Positions 32,305 to 41,140 of a stretch of 64,000 bases of DNA are shown here, one piece after another (position 1 is the stretch's first letter; each line of letters opens with the position of its first letter). The DNA comes from a virus. Its lineage: Duplodnaviria; Caudoviricetes. A model generated the notes under the pieces. That model was not told the DNA's origin, made no database searches, and saw only the letters and a program-made list of their open reading frames with translations. Made by a program: the position numbers and the translations under genes. The stretch is taken from IMG/VR virus record IMGVR_UViG_3300021255_004427, positions 96,001 to 160,000 of that record; one strand, given 5' to 3'.

Positions 32305-32970
32305 ATGCAGGTCACGGATGCGAATTTTTTCTACAAGAACTACGTCGGGTATTATCCGGATGAAGATTGGATGTTTGAATCTACACAAGGCATGATTGAA
32401 CATTACGTTGAGTCTGGTCTGAAAGAAAAGCTATTGGATATATACGAAGCATGTGCCGGGGATGGTGTCCTTGCTGCAGATAATATCCCGTATGAATTGT
32501 GGCAGGATGGGAATATCCTTATTCCCGGCAGGTTCTATTTACACCCCGAGCTGACATTAATGCAGCGAGCACCGGAAATAAATATTTTTACCGGCGAAGC
32601 GGTAGTAAGGCCTCATTATCGGGAAATAAGGGAACTGTACACGCTAAACGACGTCTTACTGTATGCAGGGAAGATGCTGCGCAGAGATACATTGCTTAAA
32701 GACGAAAAACAAGATATCGGCGCCGTAAAACATTTACTTAAGCGATATGCAAGACAACAGGAAGAACTTGGCATTATGGCGCTGGATATGATTCTTTACC
32801 TCATACGCCATCATAAAGGCGAAAGGATAGAGCTCCTTAACATATCTCAGGATGAAGATATTGTAGCACAGCAGGTAAGAGCGTACGCAGAAAAGCTAAA
32901 GACAATGGGCAGACACAAGATAATTTGGAGGGGAAATATAAAATGCTGTCGGAAGGATTCATTGAAGTAG
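32305..32970 (+). CDS. Hypothetical protein heading the replication operon (221 aa)
   Basis: SD AAAGGGG; overlaps the primase start. Confidence 0.6.
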   Translation: MQVTDANFFYKNYVGYYPDEDWMFESTQGMIEHYVESGLKEKLLDIYEACAGDGVLAADNIPYELWQDGNILIPGRFYLHPELTLMQRAPEINIFTGEAVVRPHYREIRELYTLNDVLLYAGKMLRRDTLLKDEKQDIGAVKHLLKRYARQQEELGIMALDMILYLIRHHKGERIELLNISQDEDIVAQQVRAYAEKLKTMGRHKIIWRGNIKCCRKDSLK

Positions 32971-34004
32971 GTGGAAAGTGTGGCAACTACTTCACAAGAA
33001 ATATGGTTTACCCGCTGAATAATCGGCAAAAAGCTTTTGCCGACCTTAAAAAGAAAACAGGCGGCAGGGATATGTATTACTGCACGTATGTATTCGACAA
33101 TAAGACCCGTGAAAAAGGGACAAGGTTCTTTTCGCCTCTCTATTTCGACATTGATGGGGATATTCAGACTGACGAGGGCTTTGAACGGGTAAGGCTGGCA
33201 GCGCTATCCCTTGCGACAATTCTTAATATAGAACTGAGGCTGAACGTAAATGAAATGAAGTTCTATTTTTCTGGCGGAAAAGGCTTTCATGTTTTTATTG
33301 ACCCTCGTATTCTGGGGGTAAAACCAAGCACAAAACTTCCGGCATTATACAAGCTGTATGTATCTTACTTAAGCCGTAAGATAGAAAACGGCGCGCTACT
33401 GGACACAAGAATATATGACAGTCGCCGCCTGATTCGTTTCCCGAATACGATAAATGACAAAACCGGCTTATATAAAATTCCGATAACATACAACCAACTT
33501 CGGACGCTTACAAGGGAGCAACTTTTCAGCTTAGCGAAAAACCCTCAGCAGGAATATGTTACTTCGGTAAAATTCAATCAGGAGGCGGCAAGCCGCTTTG
33601 TAGATAAGCTCCGCGAAATGGCGCAGGAACAGGCACAGCCAACAAGTAGTAATATACATATACCAAGCAGCGCTCAAAAATTGCCGTTATGTGTAAAGCA
33701 TCTGCTCTCGACAACAGTAGACAAAGGCGGCAGGAACAATACACTCGCATTGATAGCGTCCCTTCTTGTTCAGAATGGTTATGTAGGGGATGTCGCAATC
33801 AGTATACTACAGGATTGGAATATGGGCAACGCTGAGCCGCTTACTGACCATGAACTTATCACGACATATAACAGCGCTGAACGAATGGCAAGAGCGGGCA
33901 GGGGATATGGATGTTCTTCTATAAGACAACAGGGGGCTTTTGCTCCAAGGGAAGTTTGTCCAAAATGTAAGATTTTTAAATGTAAACACGGGGCGGGGAG
34001 ATAA
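32943..34004 (+). CDS. Archaeo-eukaryotic (AEP) primase with C-terminal Cys-containing helical domain
   Basis: Motif I LYFDID, motif II YFSGGKGFHV, motif III D..IY...RLIRFP. C-terminal LPLC...GGRNN...GYGC...CPKC. ATG 32943 follows GGAGG. Confidence 0.85.
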   Translation: MLSEGFIEVGGKCGNYFTRNMVYPLNNRQKAFADLKKKTGGRDMYYCTYVFDNKTREKGTRFFSPLYFDIDGDIQTDEGFERVRLAALSLATILNIELRLNVNEMKFYFSGGKGFHVFIDPRILGVKPSTKLPALYKLYVSYLSRKIENGALLDTRIYDSRRLIRFPNTINDKTGLYKIPITYNQLRTLTREQLFSLAKNPQQEYVTSVKFNQEAASRFVDKLREMAQEQAQPTSSNIHIPSSAQKLPLCVKHLLSTTVDKGGRNNTLALIASLLVQNGYVGDVAISILQDWNMGNAEPLTDHELITTYNSAERMARAGRGYGCSSIRQQGAFAPREVCPKCKIFKCKHGAGR

Positions 34005-35168
34005 ATGGACGAGAAAGAGATTTTAGAGAAAAACATACCGGAAGAAAATAGCGATAAAAATACAGAGAAACAGCCTGTAGCAGACCTTAGTTTCCTTGAC
34101 GATGCGTTTGACGAAGAGCTGAATGTACATGAGGCACAGGAAGTCGGTGTATCGGATAAATATGCTGTAGCGCCGATAGATGTATTCGAAGCATCCAGAC
34201 AGTACATCGATGACTTTGAAAACGCCTGCCAGAACGAAGGCACTGGATATGAGGCGCCGAATTTTCCTATCTGGTCAGAAAAGATGGAGGGGCTTATGAA
34301 TGGCTTCTATATCTTTGCCGGATATTCGAACTCAGGGAAAAGCGCTACGTGCATGAACTTAGCTATGGATTATGCGCTCAATGAAGATAACCACCTGTAT
34401 CTTATCTATTATTCGTTGGACGATACCAAGGAGGATATCTATTCCCGCATTATCGCTATGAAGTACCGTTTACCGATTTCCGTAATCCGCAAACCGAAGC
34501 GTTACGAGAAGATGATCGAAGAAGGCAAGGAAAATACGGCACTTTATCAGAAGCAGCTTGACTTGCGCAAAAAGGCCGTTGAGGACATTAAGAAGTTCTC
34601 TCATAAGTTCATGGTTAAAGATGGCGAAGAGATTGATTGTATCGAAAAGATGCTCAACCATGCTAAGATGGTAAAGAGCTACTTACAGACCCGCGACCCG
34701 CAGGCAAATATTCTGGTTGTGATAGACTCTTTGATGGATATCAATATTGACTCGCAGAACTATCGAGAAGAAAAAGACCGCAATACGGCAATATCTAAGC
34801 TGGTTAAGAAGTATGCCACGACAGAGCTTAAATGCCCTATATTTGGTACAGCCCATGTACGTAAAAATTCTGGCCGTCGTATTACGATTAGTGACCTTAA
34901 AGAATCTGGGCGCTACGAATATGATGCTCGCGCGGTCTTCCTGATTACGAATGATGTTTCCCGTAACGGGCAAAATGCAGAGATTTACTTTACGCAAGGC
35001 AATGATGATATTACAAAGCATCCGGTGCTTGAAATCTATTGGTCCAAAAATAAAACATCTTCATTCAAGGAAAGAACGTATTGTTATTTCAGCCCTGAAA
35101 CTTCTCTGGCTATTGAGGTAAAAAAAGAACAGGCAGAAGAATACGATTCTATTATTTATGCCGAGTAA
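34005..35168 (+). CDS. DnaB-like (SF4) replicative helicase
   Basis: Walker A AGYSNSGKS; YSLDD; VIDSL; DLKESGRYEYDA; adjacent to the primase. Confidence 0.85.
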   Translation: MDEKEILEKNIPEENSDKNTEKQPVADLSFLDDAFDEELNVHEAQEVGVSDKYAVAPIDVFEASRQYIDDFENACQNEGTGYEAPNFPIWSEKMEGLMNGFYIFAGYSNSGKSATCMNLAMDYALNEDNHLYLIYYSLDDTKEDIYSRIIAMKYRLPISVIRKPKRYEKMIEEGKENTALYQKQLDLRKKAVEDIKKFSHKFMVKDGEEIDCIEKMLNHAKMVKSYLQTRDPQANILVVIDSLMDINIDSQNYREEKDRNTAISKLVKKYATTELKCPIFGTAHVRKNSGRRITISDLKESGRYEYDARAVFLITNDVSRNGQNAEIYFTQGNDDITKHPVLEIYWSKNKTSSFKERTYCYFSPETSLAIEVKKEQAEEYDSIIYAE

Positions 35169-35172
35169 CGAC

Positions 35173-35206
35173 AATCCGCCGAACACATTCGTGCCGGCGG
35201 ATTTTT
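35173..35206 (+). terminator. Intrinsic terminator
   Basis: AATCCGCCG...CGGCGGATT followed by a T-run. Confidence 0.7.
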
Positions 35207-35221
35207 GCGTGTTTTACCTTG

Positions 35222-35290
35222 CTTCTTACCTACTTCTTAAATACTTCTTACATATTTTATATTGACAAATATGTAAGAAGTAGATATAAT
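35222..35290 (+). promoter_or_regulatory. Consensus sigma70 promoter overlapped by a 16-bp perfect inverted repeat
   Basis: TTGACA (35262)-17 bp-TATAAT (35285). Arms TACTTCTTACATATTT (35242-35257) and AAATATGTAAGAAGTA (35267-35282). CTTCTTA at 35222, 35233 and 35244. Confidence 0.85.
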
Positions 35291-35353
35291 AAGAGTATAG
35301 AAAAGAAACTAAATACAGAGAATAAAAACGTAGAAAGGAAGACGTTTTTGGCT

Positions 35354-36094
35354 ATGAATACGCTCGTAGTTAAAGAGATCCCAATGATAGTCATGGGAGA
35401 AACACCGCTGATTAACAGCAGTGAGCTGGCCAGAATCTTCGGTAAAAAACACGGCAACTTTGTTAACGCCACTAAGATTTACCTCGACTCTCTTCCGATT
35501 GCCAGGAAACATATTAAGCCTTCTGAAGACAACGATAGCTATATGTTCGACTTGCAGGGGTTCACATCAATTACCCCATATATCGTAGGCAGTGAAAAGA
35601 GCAAAGCGATGAAGATTGCAGAGGCTTTCGAAGAAGCATACCGACAGATTTCCCGTAACCGCGAAAACGAAGCAACGGATCGGCTAAGAAAAGCCGCAAT
35701 GCAGTTTAAGGAAGAGCGCGATGACGCCGCAGAAAAGGTAAAAACGTTGGATGCGCTCTGCAACACAAGAGATTATTATTCGTTTTCCGATGCAGCTAAG
35801 TTAATCGGTATCCCACGCAAACGACTTATCCGCGCTTTGGAAGAACATGAATACATCATTCGCAAAGCAAGAGCCGGCCGCTACAAACAGACGACACTGA
35901 TGCCAAAAGCCAAATATATGGCAGACGGACAGGGCGAAGGGCTGTTTGTGCTGAAGCAACTGAAGTTTGGTCCAGCATGGAAAAATGAAAAAGGCGAAAC
36001 CTGCCAAAGCATGGTGCTTCACCCATATCTTACTGAAAAGGGTGTGGCAAGAATGCATGTGCTTCTAAAGAAGTGGGGTGAGCTCGCTGCGTGA
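35354..36094 (+). CDS. Rha-family / ANT(KilAC) phage antirepressor-like protein
   Basis: N-terminal INSSELARIFGKKHGN (Rha-like); C-terminal FSDAAKLIGI...LTEKG (ANT/KilAC). ATG 35354 follows AAAGGA; the track start at 35219 lies upstream of the promoter. Confidence 0.75.
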   Translation: MNTLVVKEIPMIVMGETPLINSSELARIFGKKHGNFVNATKIYLDSLPIARKHIKPSEDNDSYMFDLQGFTSITPYIVGSEKSKAMKIAEAFEEAYRQISRNRENEATDRLRKAAMQFKEERDDAAEKVKTLDALCNTRDYYSFSDAAKLIGIPRKRLIRALEEHEYIIRKARAGRYKQTTLMPKAKYMADGQGEGLFVLKQLKFGPAWKNEKGETCQSMVLHPYLTEKGVARMHVLLKKWGELAA

Positions 36095-36317
36095 GATAAA
36101 AACGTGGAATTCTCCACTGGGGGCTAGAATACATTGCCCGAACTTTGATCCGTGTCCACTTTGTTATGGCTGCCGCAATTATACGGAGAAAGCTGTCCGC
36201 TGTGACCGCTGCGCTGAAGATGATAAAAAGCGCAATGTATGTAATACAATAAGCCATACTGAAAAAGCGCTGAGTATGATGATTAGGCAAACCACTGTAA
36301 AAATATACGAGGAATAA
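36078..36317 (+). CDS. Small Cys-rich (zinc-finger-like) protein
   Basis: CPNFDPCPLCYGC...CDRC...C in 79 aa. Confidence 0.6.
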   Translation: MSSLREIKTWNSPLGARIHCPNFDPCPLCYGCRNYTEKAVRCDRCAEDDKKRNVCNTISHTEKALSMMIRQTTVKIYEE

Positions 36318-36321
36318 TAAA

Positions 36322-36984
36322 TTGGAAGATTATAGAATTAATAAAATATATACGAATCCAGAGGATATGTATGCGTGGCAGGGAAAAATCAAAGACCACG
36401 TAAATACAGACGAAAGCGACGGAGTTACTATTCTGGCTCCGGAAGGATACGGCAAGACCTATTTCTGCCGTGATATGATTAATGAATGGCTGGAAATGCT
36501 TGCTCCGGGTGCAAATATCCTGTATTATTCGCCCAAACATGATGCTTGTGACAGGATGGCCGTAACATGCGCTTTTATTCAGCAAGGGCATATGACCAAA
36601 GATTATACGATAACCAACGATGCTCAGCAGACGATTGTTATCCCTGTAACTGCACAGCAGCTAAAAGATGTGCTTTCGTCGGCAATGAGGTTCGACCTTA
36701 TCATTATCGATGATGCAGATATAATGGGGAACGCCGCTCTCCACTCTATTATCCTGAAGGGTATGCTTGACGACGCAAAGCTGGTCATCGTCGGCACATC
36801 CCATGAGAATGAAGAAATTCAGCTCAGTAAGAGTATCTGGAAATGGCTTCTCAATCATCCGTGCTATACAGCATTTGAGGTTGTTAAACCGAGTTTACTC
36901 CCGCAGGAAGAAGAAGCAGGGAAAACCATGATTGACCACCTGATAAGTATTCTTCATCCCATGAAGTATCATTATGTAGCGTAA
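36322..36984 (+). CDS. Stand-alone P-loop NTPase (terminase-ATPase/helicase-like)
   Basis: Walker A APEGYGKT; Walker B IIIDDAD; VIVGT. Confidence 0.6.
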   Translation: MEDYRINKIYTNPEDMYAWQGKIKDHVNTDESDGVTILAPEGYGKTYFCRDMINEWLEMLAPGANILYYSPKHDACDRMAVTCAFIQQGHMTKDYTITNDAQQTIVIPVTAQQLKDVLSSAMRFDLIIIDDADIMGNAALHSIILKGMLDDAKLVIVGTSHENEEIQLSKSIWKWLLNHPCYTAFEVVKPSLLPQEEEAGKTMIDHLISILHPMKYHYVA

Positions 36985-37006
36985 AGGAAAGCAGGTAAAC
37001 CAAAGT

Positions 37007-37309
37007 ATGACAAAAATCATTCCTATCGGAGAAAAGCTTCTGATTAAACCGGAAGTAAAAAACGATAAGCAGACAGCTTCCGGTATTGTAATTCCCGAAA
37101 CATCCGTGGATAAGCCGCAGATTGGCGAAGTAGTGGCTGCTGGCGAAGGCCGCATCCTGGAAAATGGCACAATGATGCCGCTTACGGTTAAAGTCGGCGA
37201 CCGAGTTCTTTTCCGCAAATTCGCAGGAACAGAAATTAAAATCGACAAGGAAGACGATGTTCTTCTGCTGGTAACAGAACGCGATATTCTGGGTATCATC
37301 CAGAAATAA
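37007..37309 (+). CDS. groES: Co-chaperonin GroES
   Basis: IPIGEKLLIK...TASGIVIP...GEVVAAGEG...VKVGDRVLF...ERDILGII. Confidence 0.95.
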   Translation: MTKIIPIGEKLLIKPEVKNDKQTASGIVIPETSVDKPQIGEVVAAGEGRILENGTMMPLTVKVGDRVLFRKFAGTEIKIDKEDDVLLLVTERDILGIIQK

Positions 37310-37366
37310 TGCAGATTTAGGCCGCCCATAGCGGGCGGCTGACAATCTAACCGGAGGAAAATAATT

Positions 37367-37942
37367 TTGCAATCTAATAATCAAAACATCAATCATCTCG
37401 AATTTTGGGCCAACCAGAAAGATATTTTGACGGGCACCTTGAACGCGATGCAGACTGAAAGACTGGAGAACGCTGTAAAGAAGCTCTATTATCCTGAATT
37501 GCAGCAGTTTGTTGTTCTGGTTCTGACCCGTAAGGTTGAAGAAGATGGCGAAATCGAAGATGCCTTGGGCGCATTTGAGTTAGGCGTAAGATACTTTACC
37601 GAGCGCGGGTATTACTACGAAATGGCCCCCAATAAGCAGACGTGCACATTCTTAGCGTCACTCCTTCTGCATAACGTATACTTCAATCACCATATCCATA
37701 ACGCTTTTGATTGGCTCAGAGTTTTCAAACTCCGTGACGAAACCGAAGGCCTGGCTTATGCGCTTTATGAAATAATGGAATATAATGACCGCGGCATGTT
37801 TGAATTTGTATATCAGAATGTTGAAGCTCAGCTGGGCGAAGCAATGCCAACACCGGGCAACCGTCCGGTTCGCGGTCAGAATACGGAGCATTTCTGGAAC
37901 GTGCTCTGGTTCTATTATCATGGCACACATTCGAAATGGTAA
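37367..37942 (+). CDS. Hypothetical protein, possibly a degenerate HD-fold
   Basis: SD GGAGG + TTG. ASLLLHNV resembles the AALLHD motif but lacks the Asp. Confidence 0.45.
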   Translation: MQSNNQNINHLEFWANQKDILTGTLNAMQTERLENAVKKLYYPELQQFVVLVLTRKVEEDGEIEDALGAFELGVRYFTERGYYYEMAPNKQTCTFLASLLLHNVYFNHHIHNAFDWLRVFKLRDETEGLAYALYEIMEYNDRGMFEFVYQNVEAQLGEAMPTPGNRPVRGQNTEHFWNVLWFYYHGTHSKW

Positions 37943-38664
37943 TTGAAATAACAGAAGAACAGCTTTTTGATTACATGAACTGTCCGGTGCGGTATGCCAT
38001 AAAATATGGCAAGAATCATATCAAAGTACCGCCGCAGATAACTTTTCCAAAGCTGTTAAATCAGGTTGTGTATGGATTTTGTCAGTCGCTAAAGGACGGC
38101 ATTGTGCTGCCGCCCGATAAAATAAAGCGAAAATGGGACACGGTTTGTAAAAATCATCCCGACAAAATCACCCAGGATAAAATCCGTGAAGGATTCGGGG
38201 CTCTGTATAGGTTTTATGAGTATGCAGAGGAAAACCAAATACTGGTTGCGGATATTGGTTCTCCCTATATCCTTCGCGTTAAAGATGGAGACGACACATA
38301 CATTTATAACGGAACATTGGGGATAATCCTGTCTAACAAAGATGGTGAGCCGGAAAATTTCAAAACAGATTTTTCCAGCAGGTTTCCAGAGCAAAGCAAA
38401 CTGGATATGAATCTCAAGACCACGCTTGACCATGTAGGTTTTTATAAACTCTACAATTTGCCACTGAGTGGAACCCGGGTTCACCATGTAAAAAAGAGCC
38501 GGGATTTTTATACCACCCGCGATATTCCAAGCTCAACAAAAAGAGTAAGGACAATAATCGCTAATGTCTGTAAGTCAATAAGACATAATATCTGGTATCC
38601 TCACGAGACCCCGTTGTGTTCTTCCTGTGAAGTAAGAGATTTTTGTATGATGTATGGCTCCTGA
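37936..38664 (+). CDS. Cas4/RecB-like PD-(D/E)XK superfamily protein with four-Cys Fe-S staple
   Basis: N-terminal YMNCPVRY and C-terminal CSSCEVRDFC; nuclease motifs are poorly conserved. Confidence 0.7.
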   Translation: MVIEITEEQLFDYMNCPVRYAIKYGKNHIKVPPQITFPKLLNQVVYGFCQSLKDGIVLPPDKIKRKWDTVCKNHPDKITQDKIREGFGALYRFYEYAEENQILVADIGSPYILRVKDGDDTYIYNGTLGIILSNKDGEPENFKTDFSSRFPEQSKLDMNLKTTLDHVGFYKLYNLPLSGTRVHHVKKSRDFYTTRDIPSSTKRVRTIIANVCKSIRHNIWYPHETPLCSSCEVRDFCMMYGS

Positions 38665-38700
38665 TATAGAGCTAAGTAGTTTTTGTTAACGAGGTATAAG

Positions 38701-38862
38701 ATGCTTAATTTAACCGAAAGAGTCGGCGCAGAGCCGAAAGTCACAAAAGGTGGTCTTCCCGGTGTATCGGTAAGCATCGGAGGGGCAATCCCCTTTGATG
38801 ATGATGTACCGCCCACGCAGCCGAAAAAGAAAACCGCCAAAAGCGAAGATAAGAAGGCGTGA
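38701..38862 (+). CDS. Small hypothetical protein (53 aa), not in the ORF track
   Basis: GAGG SD + ATG; MLNLTERVGAEPKVTKGGLPGVSVSIGGAIPFDDDVPPTQPKKKTAKSEDKKA; fills the gap. Confidence 0.55.
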   Translation: MLNLTERVGAEPKVTKGGLPGVSVSIGGAIPFDDDVPPTQPKKKTAKSEDKKA

Positions 38863-38866
38863 CAAA

Positions 38867-39463
38867 ATGCCAATAATTCGCAGGCGAAAAACAGCGGTAA
38901 AACCTAAAACCGCAAGTAAGAGGACTTACGAGATTGATGGAAAGGTATATACAAGCAAATCCCTGAGAGACTATCATGTAGAGCTAAATGAATATGTAAA
39001 GTCAGGGCTGATAAAATCCTTTGAATTGCCCGAAGGGAAACTCACAAAGTCTAAATTCCATTCCATCAAAGCGGTTATCAATGGTATCGAGTTTGATTCA
39101 CTTAATGAATCTCGGTACTATATCCATGTTCTGGAGGAAGTAAAGGCCGGCAATATTAAGTCTTACGAACTTCAGAAAGCGTACGAAATTGTACCCGCCC
39201 ATATCCGGCGCGGCAAAAAAGTACGCAAAATGGAATACCTGGCAGACTTTGTTTGTCAGATGGCAGACGGCACAGAAAAGGTAATCGACGTGAAAGGGCT
39301 AGAAACGGATGTATTCAAGATGAAGAAAAAACTTGTTGAATATCTTTATCCGAATGTCGAAGTCGAATGTGTCCGTTATGTCGCAAAAGAAAAAGCGTGG
39401 CTTACAACAAAGGAATGTAAAGCACGCAAGAAGCTGGCATCCAAGGAGAGGAAGTCAGCCTAA
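38867..39463 (+). CDS. DUF1064-type PD-(D/E)XK endonuclease
   Basis: K....INGIEFDS..E..YY; YLADF; VIDVKG.ETDVFKMKKKL. Likely start ATG 38867. Confidence 0.8.
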   Translation: MPIIRRRKTAVKPKTASKRTYEIDGKVYTSKSLRDYHVELNEYVKSGLIKSFELPEGKLTKSKFHSIKAVINGIEFDSLNESRYYIHVLEEVKAGNIKSYELQKAYEIVPAHIRRGKKVRKMEYLADFVCQMADGTEKVIDVKGLETDVFKMKKKLVEYLYPNVEVECVRYVAKEKAWLTTKECKARKKLASKERKSA

Positions 39464-40517
39464 AACTAAAGAAACTGTGTGGATAATCTTCTGTGATTGG
39501 AAAATAACCAATAGAAAGAAGACTACCACCATAAAAAAGAGAAAGAAACTTTCTGAAGACGTCATTGTGCGAGACGCCGATAAGACCCAGATTTTTGAAA
39601 ATGGTTTTGTAACCATAAGAACTGTTTTTAAGGAAGAAGCAGATTATCTCTGGGATTTGTATCAGCACGAAGATGAATGGCGCGAGATTGACGAACTTGT
39701 GCACCAGTATCAAGGACAGTTTGAGGAGGGTGCTACGGAAGAAGCTCGCCGCATCGCAAATGAAGCGGGTACGGAACTCTTGAACAGATTCCAGCCGCTG
39801 TTTAAAAAATACGTGATACTTCTTAAAAATGGCCAGATCAATTTCCATAACAGTGAGCAGCGTCAGTTTGTTCGTCTGTTTATCCAGGAATTGCATTTAC
39901 AAAAGGCTCTGAGCCGAAAAAATCCTGGCCGGGATTATCAGGAACAGATTACAGCCCGGTTTAATTTCTTAATCGAGGGCTACGGACACCAAGATGAAGA
40001 CGAAATCTACGATGATATGCGGGTTATCTTCTTCATGCTTGTTAAACGATACAAAGATGTTGGCCGCAGTTTTTGCTGCTACGTCTACAACGTGTTTAAA
40101 TACGAAGTTTGCCGTCATATTCAAAAGTATCAGCGCAACCCGGCAAACTTTCATTATAAAATTGCAGAACTCGAGGATAACTGTAAAACAGTCATGGATG
40201 ACTATTCTTCTATCGAAGATGTTATGTATGAAGATGATCAGGGGCTTCCGGATATGACCTGGATTCGCGGAGATACATGCTCGGAAATCTTCCAGCAGTT
40301 TACGGACGAAGAACGCCTGATATTCTCGAAGTATTATCTGCAGGATTGGAACGATAGTCAGATTGCTCAGCTTCTCGGCATGCACATTAACACGGCAAAC
40401 CAGAGAAGGAAGAGTATCACCAGACGTTTGTGTAAAACACTTGGCCTGGATCCAAAGGACATTGTTCGGCATCGCAAATCCGGTAAAAGAGCTATCCTTA
40501 ATACCGAGGTAGCATAA
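39333..40517 (+). CDS. Phage-encoded RNA polymerase sigma factor (true start probably after 39463)
   Basis: Region 2-like ELLNRFQPLFKKY...DEIYDD...SFCCYVY; region 4 HTH FTDEERLIF..YY...WNDSQIAQLLGMHINT. Confidence 0.75.
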   Translation: MLNIFIRMSKSNVSVMSQKKKRGLQQRNVKHARSWHPRRGSQPKTKETVWIIFCDWKITNRKKTTTIKKRKKLSEDVIVRDADKTQIFENGFVTIRTVFKEEADYLWDLYQHEDEWREIDELVHQYQGQFEEGATEEARRIANEAGTELLNRFQPLFKKYVILLKNGQINFHNSEQRQFVRLFIQELHLQKALSRKNPGRDYQEQITARFNFLIEGYGHQDEDEIYDDMRVIFFMLVKRYKDVGRSFCCYVYNVFKYEVCRHIQKYQRNPANFHYKIAELEDNCKTVMDDYSSIEDVMYEDDQGLPDMTWIRGDTCSEIFQQFTDEERLIFSKYYLQDWNDSQIAQLLGMHINTANQRRKSITRRLCKTLGLDPKDIVRHRKSGKRAILNTEVA

Positions 40518-40558
40518 AGCGGGGGCGTCACAGCCCCTAATTTTTTGGAGGAAAAAAC

Positions 40559-41116
40559 ATGAATAAAACAAAAATCGGTGCAATTGTAATAACTGTATTA
40601 CTGGCATTATTTCTTGTGGGGAATTTTAACTCCCTCACCAATAAGGATGTAGAGGTTCAGACGGCGGCAGCACAGATTGATGTGCAGCTGCAGCGCCGTG
40701 CAGAACTTATCCCAAATCTCGTAAACACGGTTAAGGGATATGCTTCTCACGAAAAAGAAACGCTGACGGCTATTACAGAAGCTCGTGCAAAGTTGCAAGA
40801 CCCGAATGCTACGCTTAAAGATAAAGCACATGCAGATGGTGAACTCACCAGTGCTCTTAATCGGCTGATGATGGTACAGGAAAATTACCCGAACCTCAAG
40901 GCAGATGCACACTTCACTGAACTTATGCGTGAGCTTGCTGGTACGGAAAACCGCGTAACAGTAGCCCGCACCCGTTATAATAAAGCGGTGGCAGAATACA
41001 ACACTTCTGTTCGCACTTTCCCTGGTAATATTTGCGCCGGCGTTTTTGGATTCTATCAGGCCGAGCCGATTGAAGCAACGGAAGCTGAAAAGAAGAATCC
41101 CGAAGTTAAATTCTAA
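40559..41116 (+). CDS. lemA: LemA family membrane protein
   Basis: N-terminal TM; QLQRRAELIPNLVNTVKGYASHEKET; ENYPNLKAD; TENR...AR.RYN. Confidence 0.93.
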   Translation: MNKTKIGAIVITVLLALFLVGNFNSLTNKDVEVQTAAAQIDVQLQRRAELIPNLVNTVKGYASHEKETLTAITEARAKLQDPNATLKDKAHADGELTSALNRLMMVQENYPNLKADAHFTELMRELAGTENRVTVARTRYNKAVAEYNTSVRTFPGNICAGVFGFYQAEPIEATEAEKKNPEVKF

Positions 41117-41140
41117 ACCCATTGAAGGTGGCGAGATAAT

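Noticed and set aside
35219-35353. N-terminal extension of the antirepressor given in the track
   Set aside because: It runs through a perfect sigma70 promoter and operator; the ATG at 35354 has the SD.
37321-37339. Terminator after groES
   Set aside because: The GC hairpin has no U-tract; it is more likely a stabilising or pausing stem.
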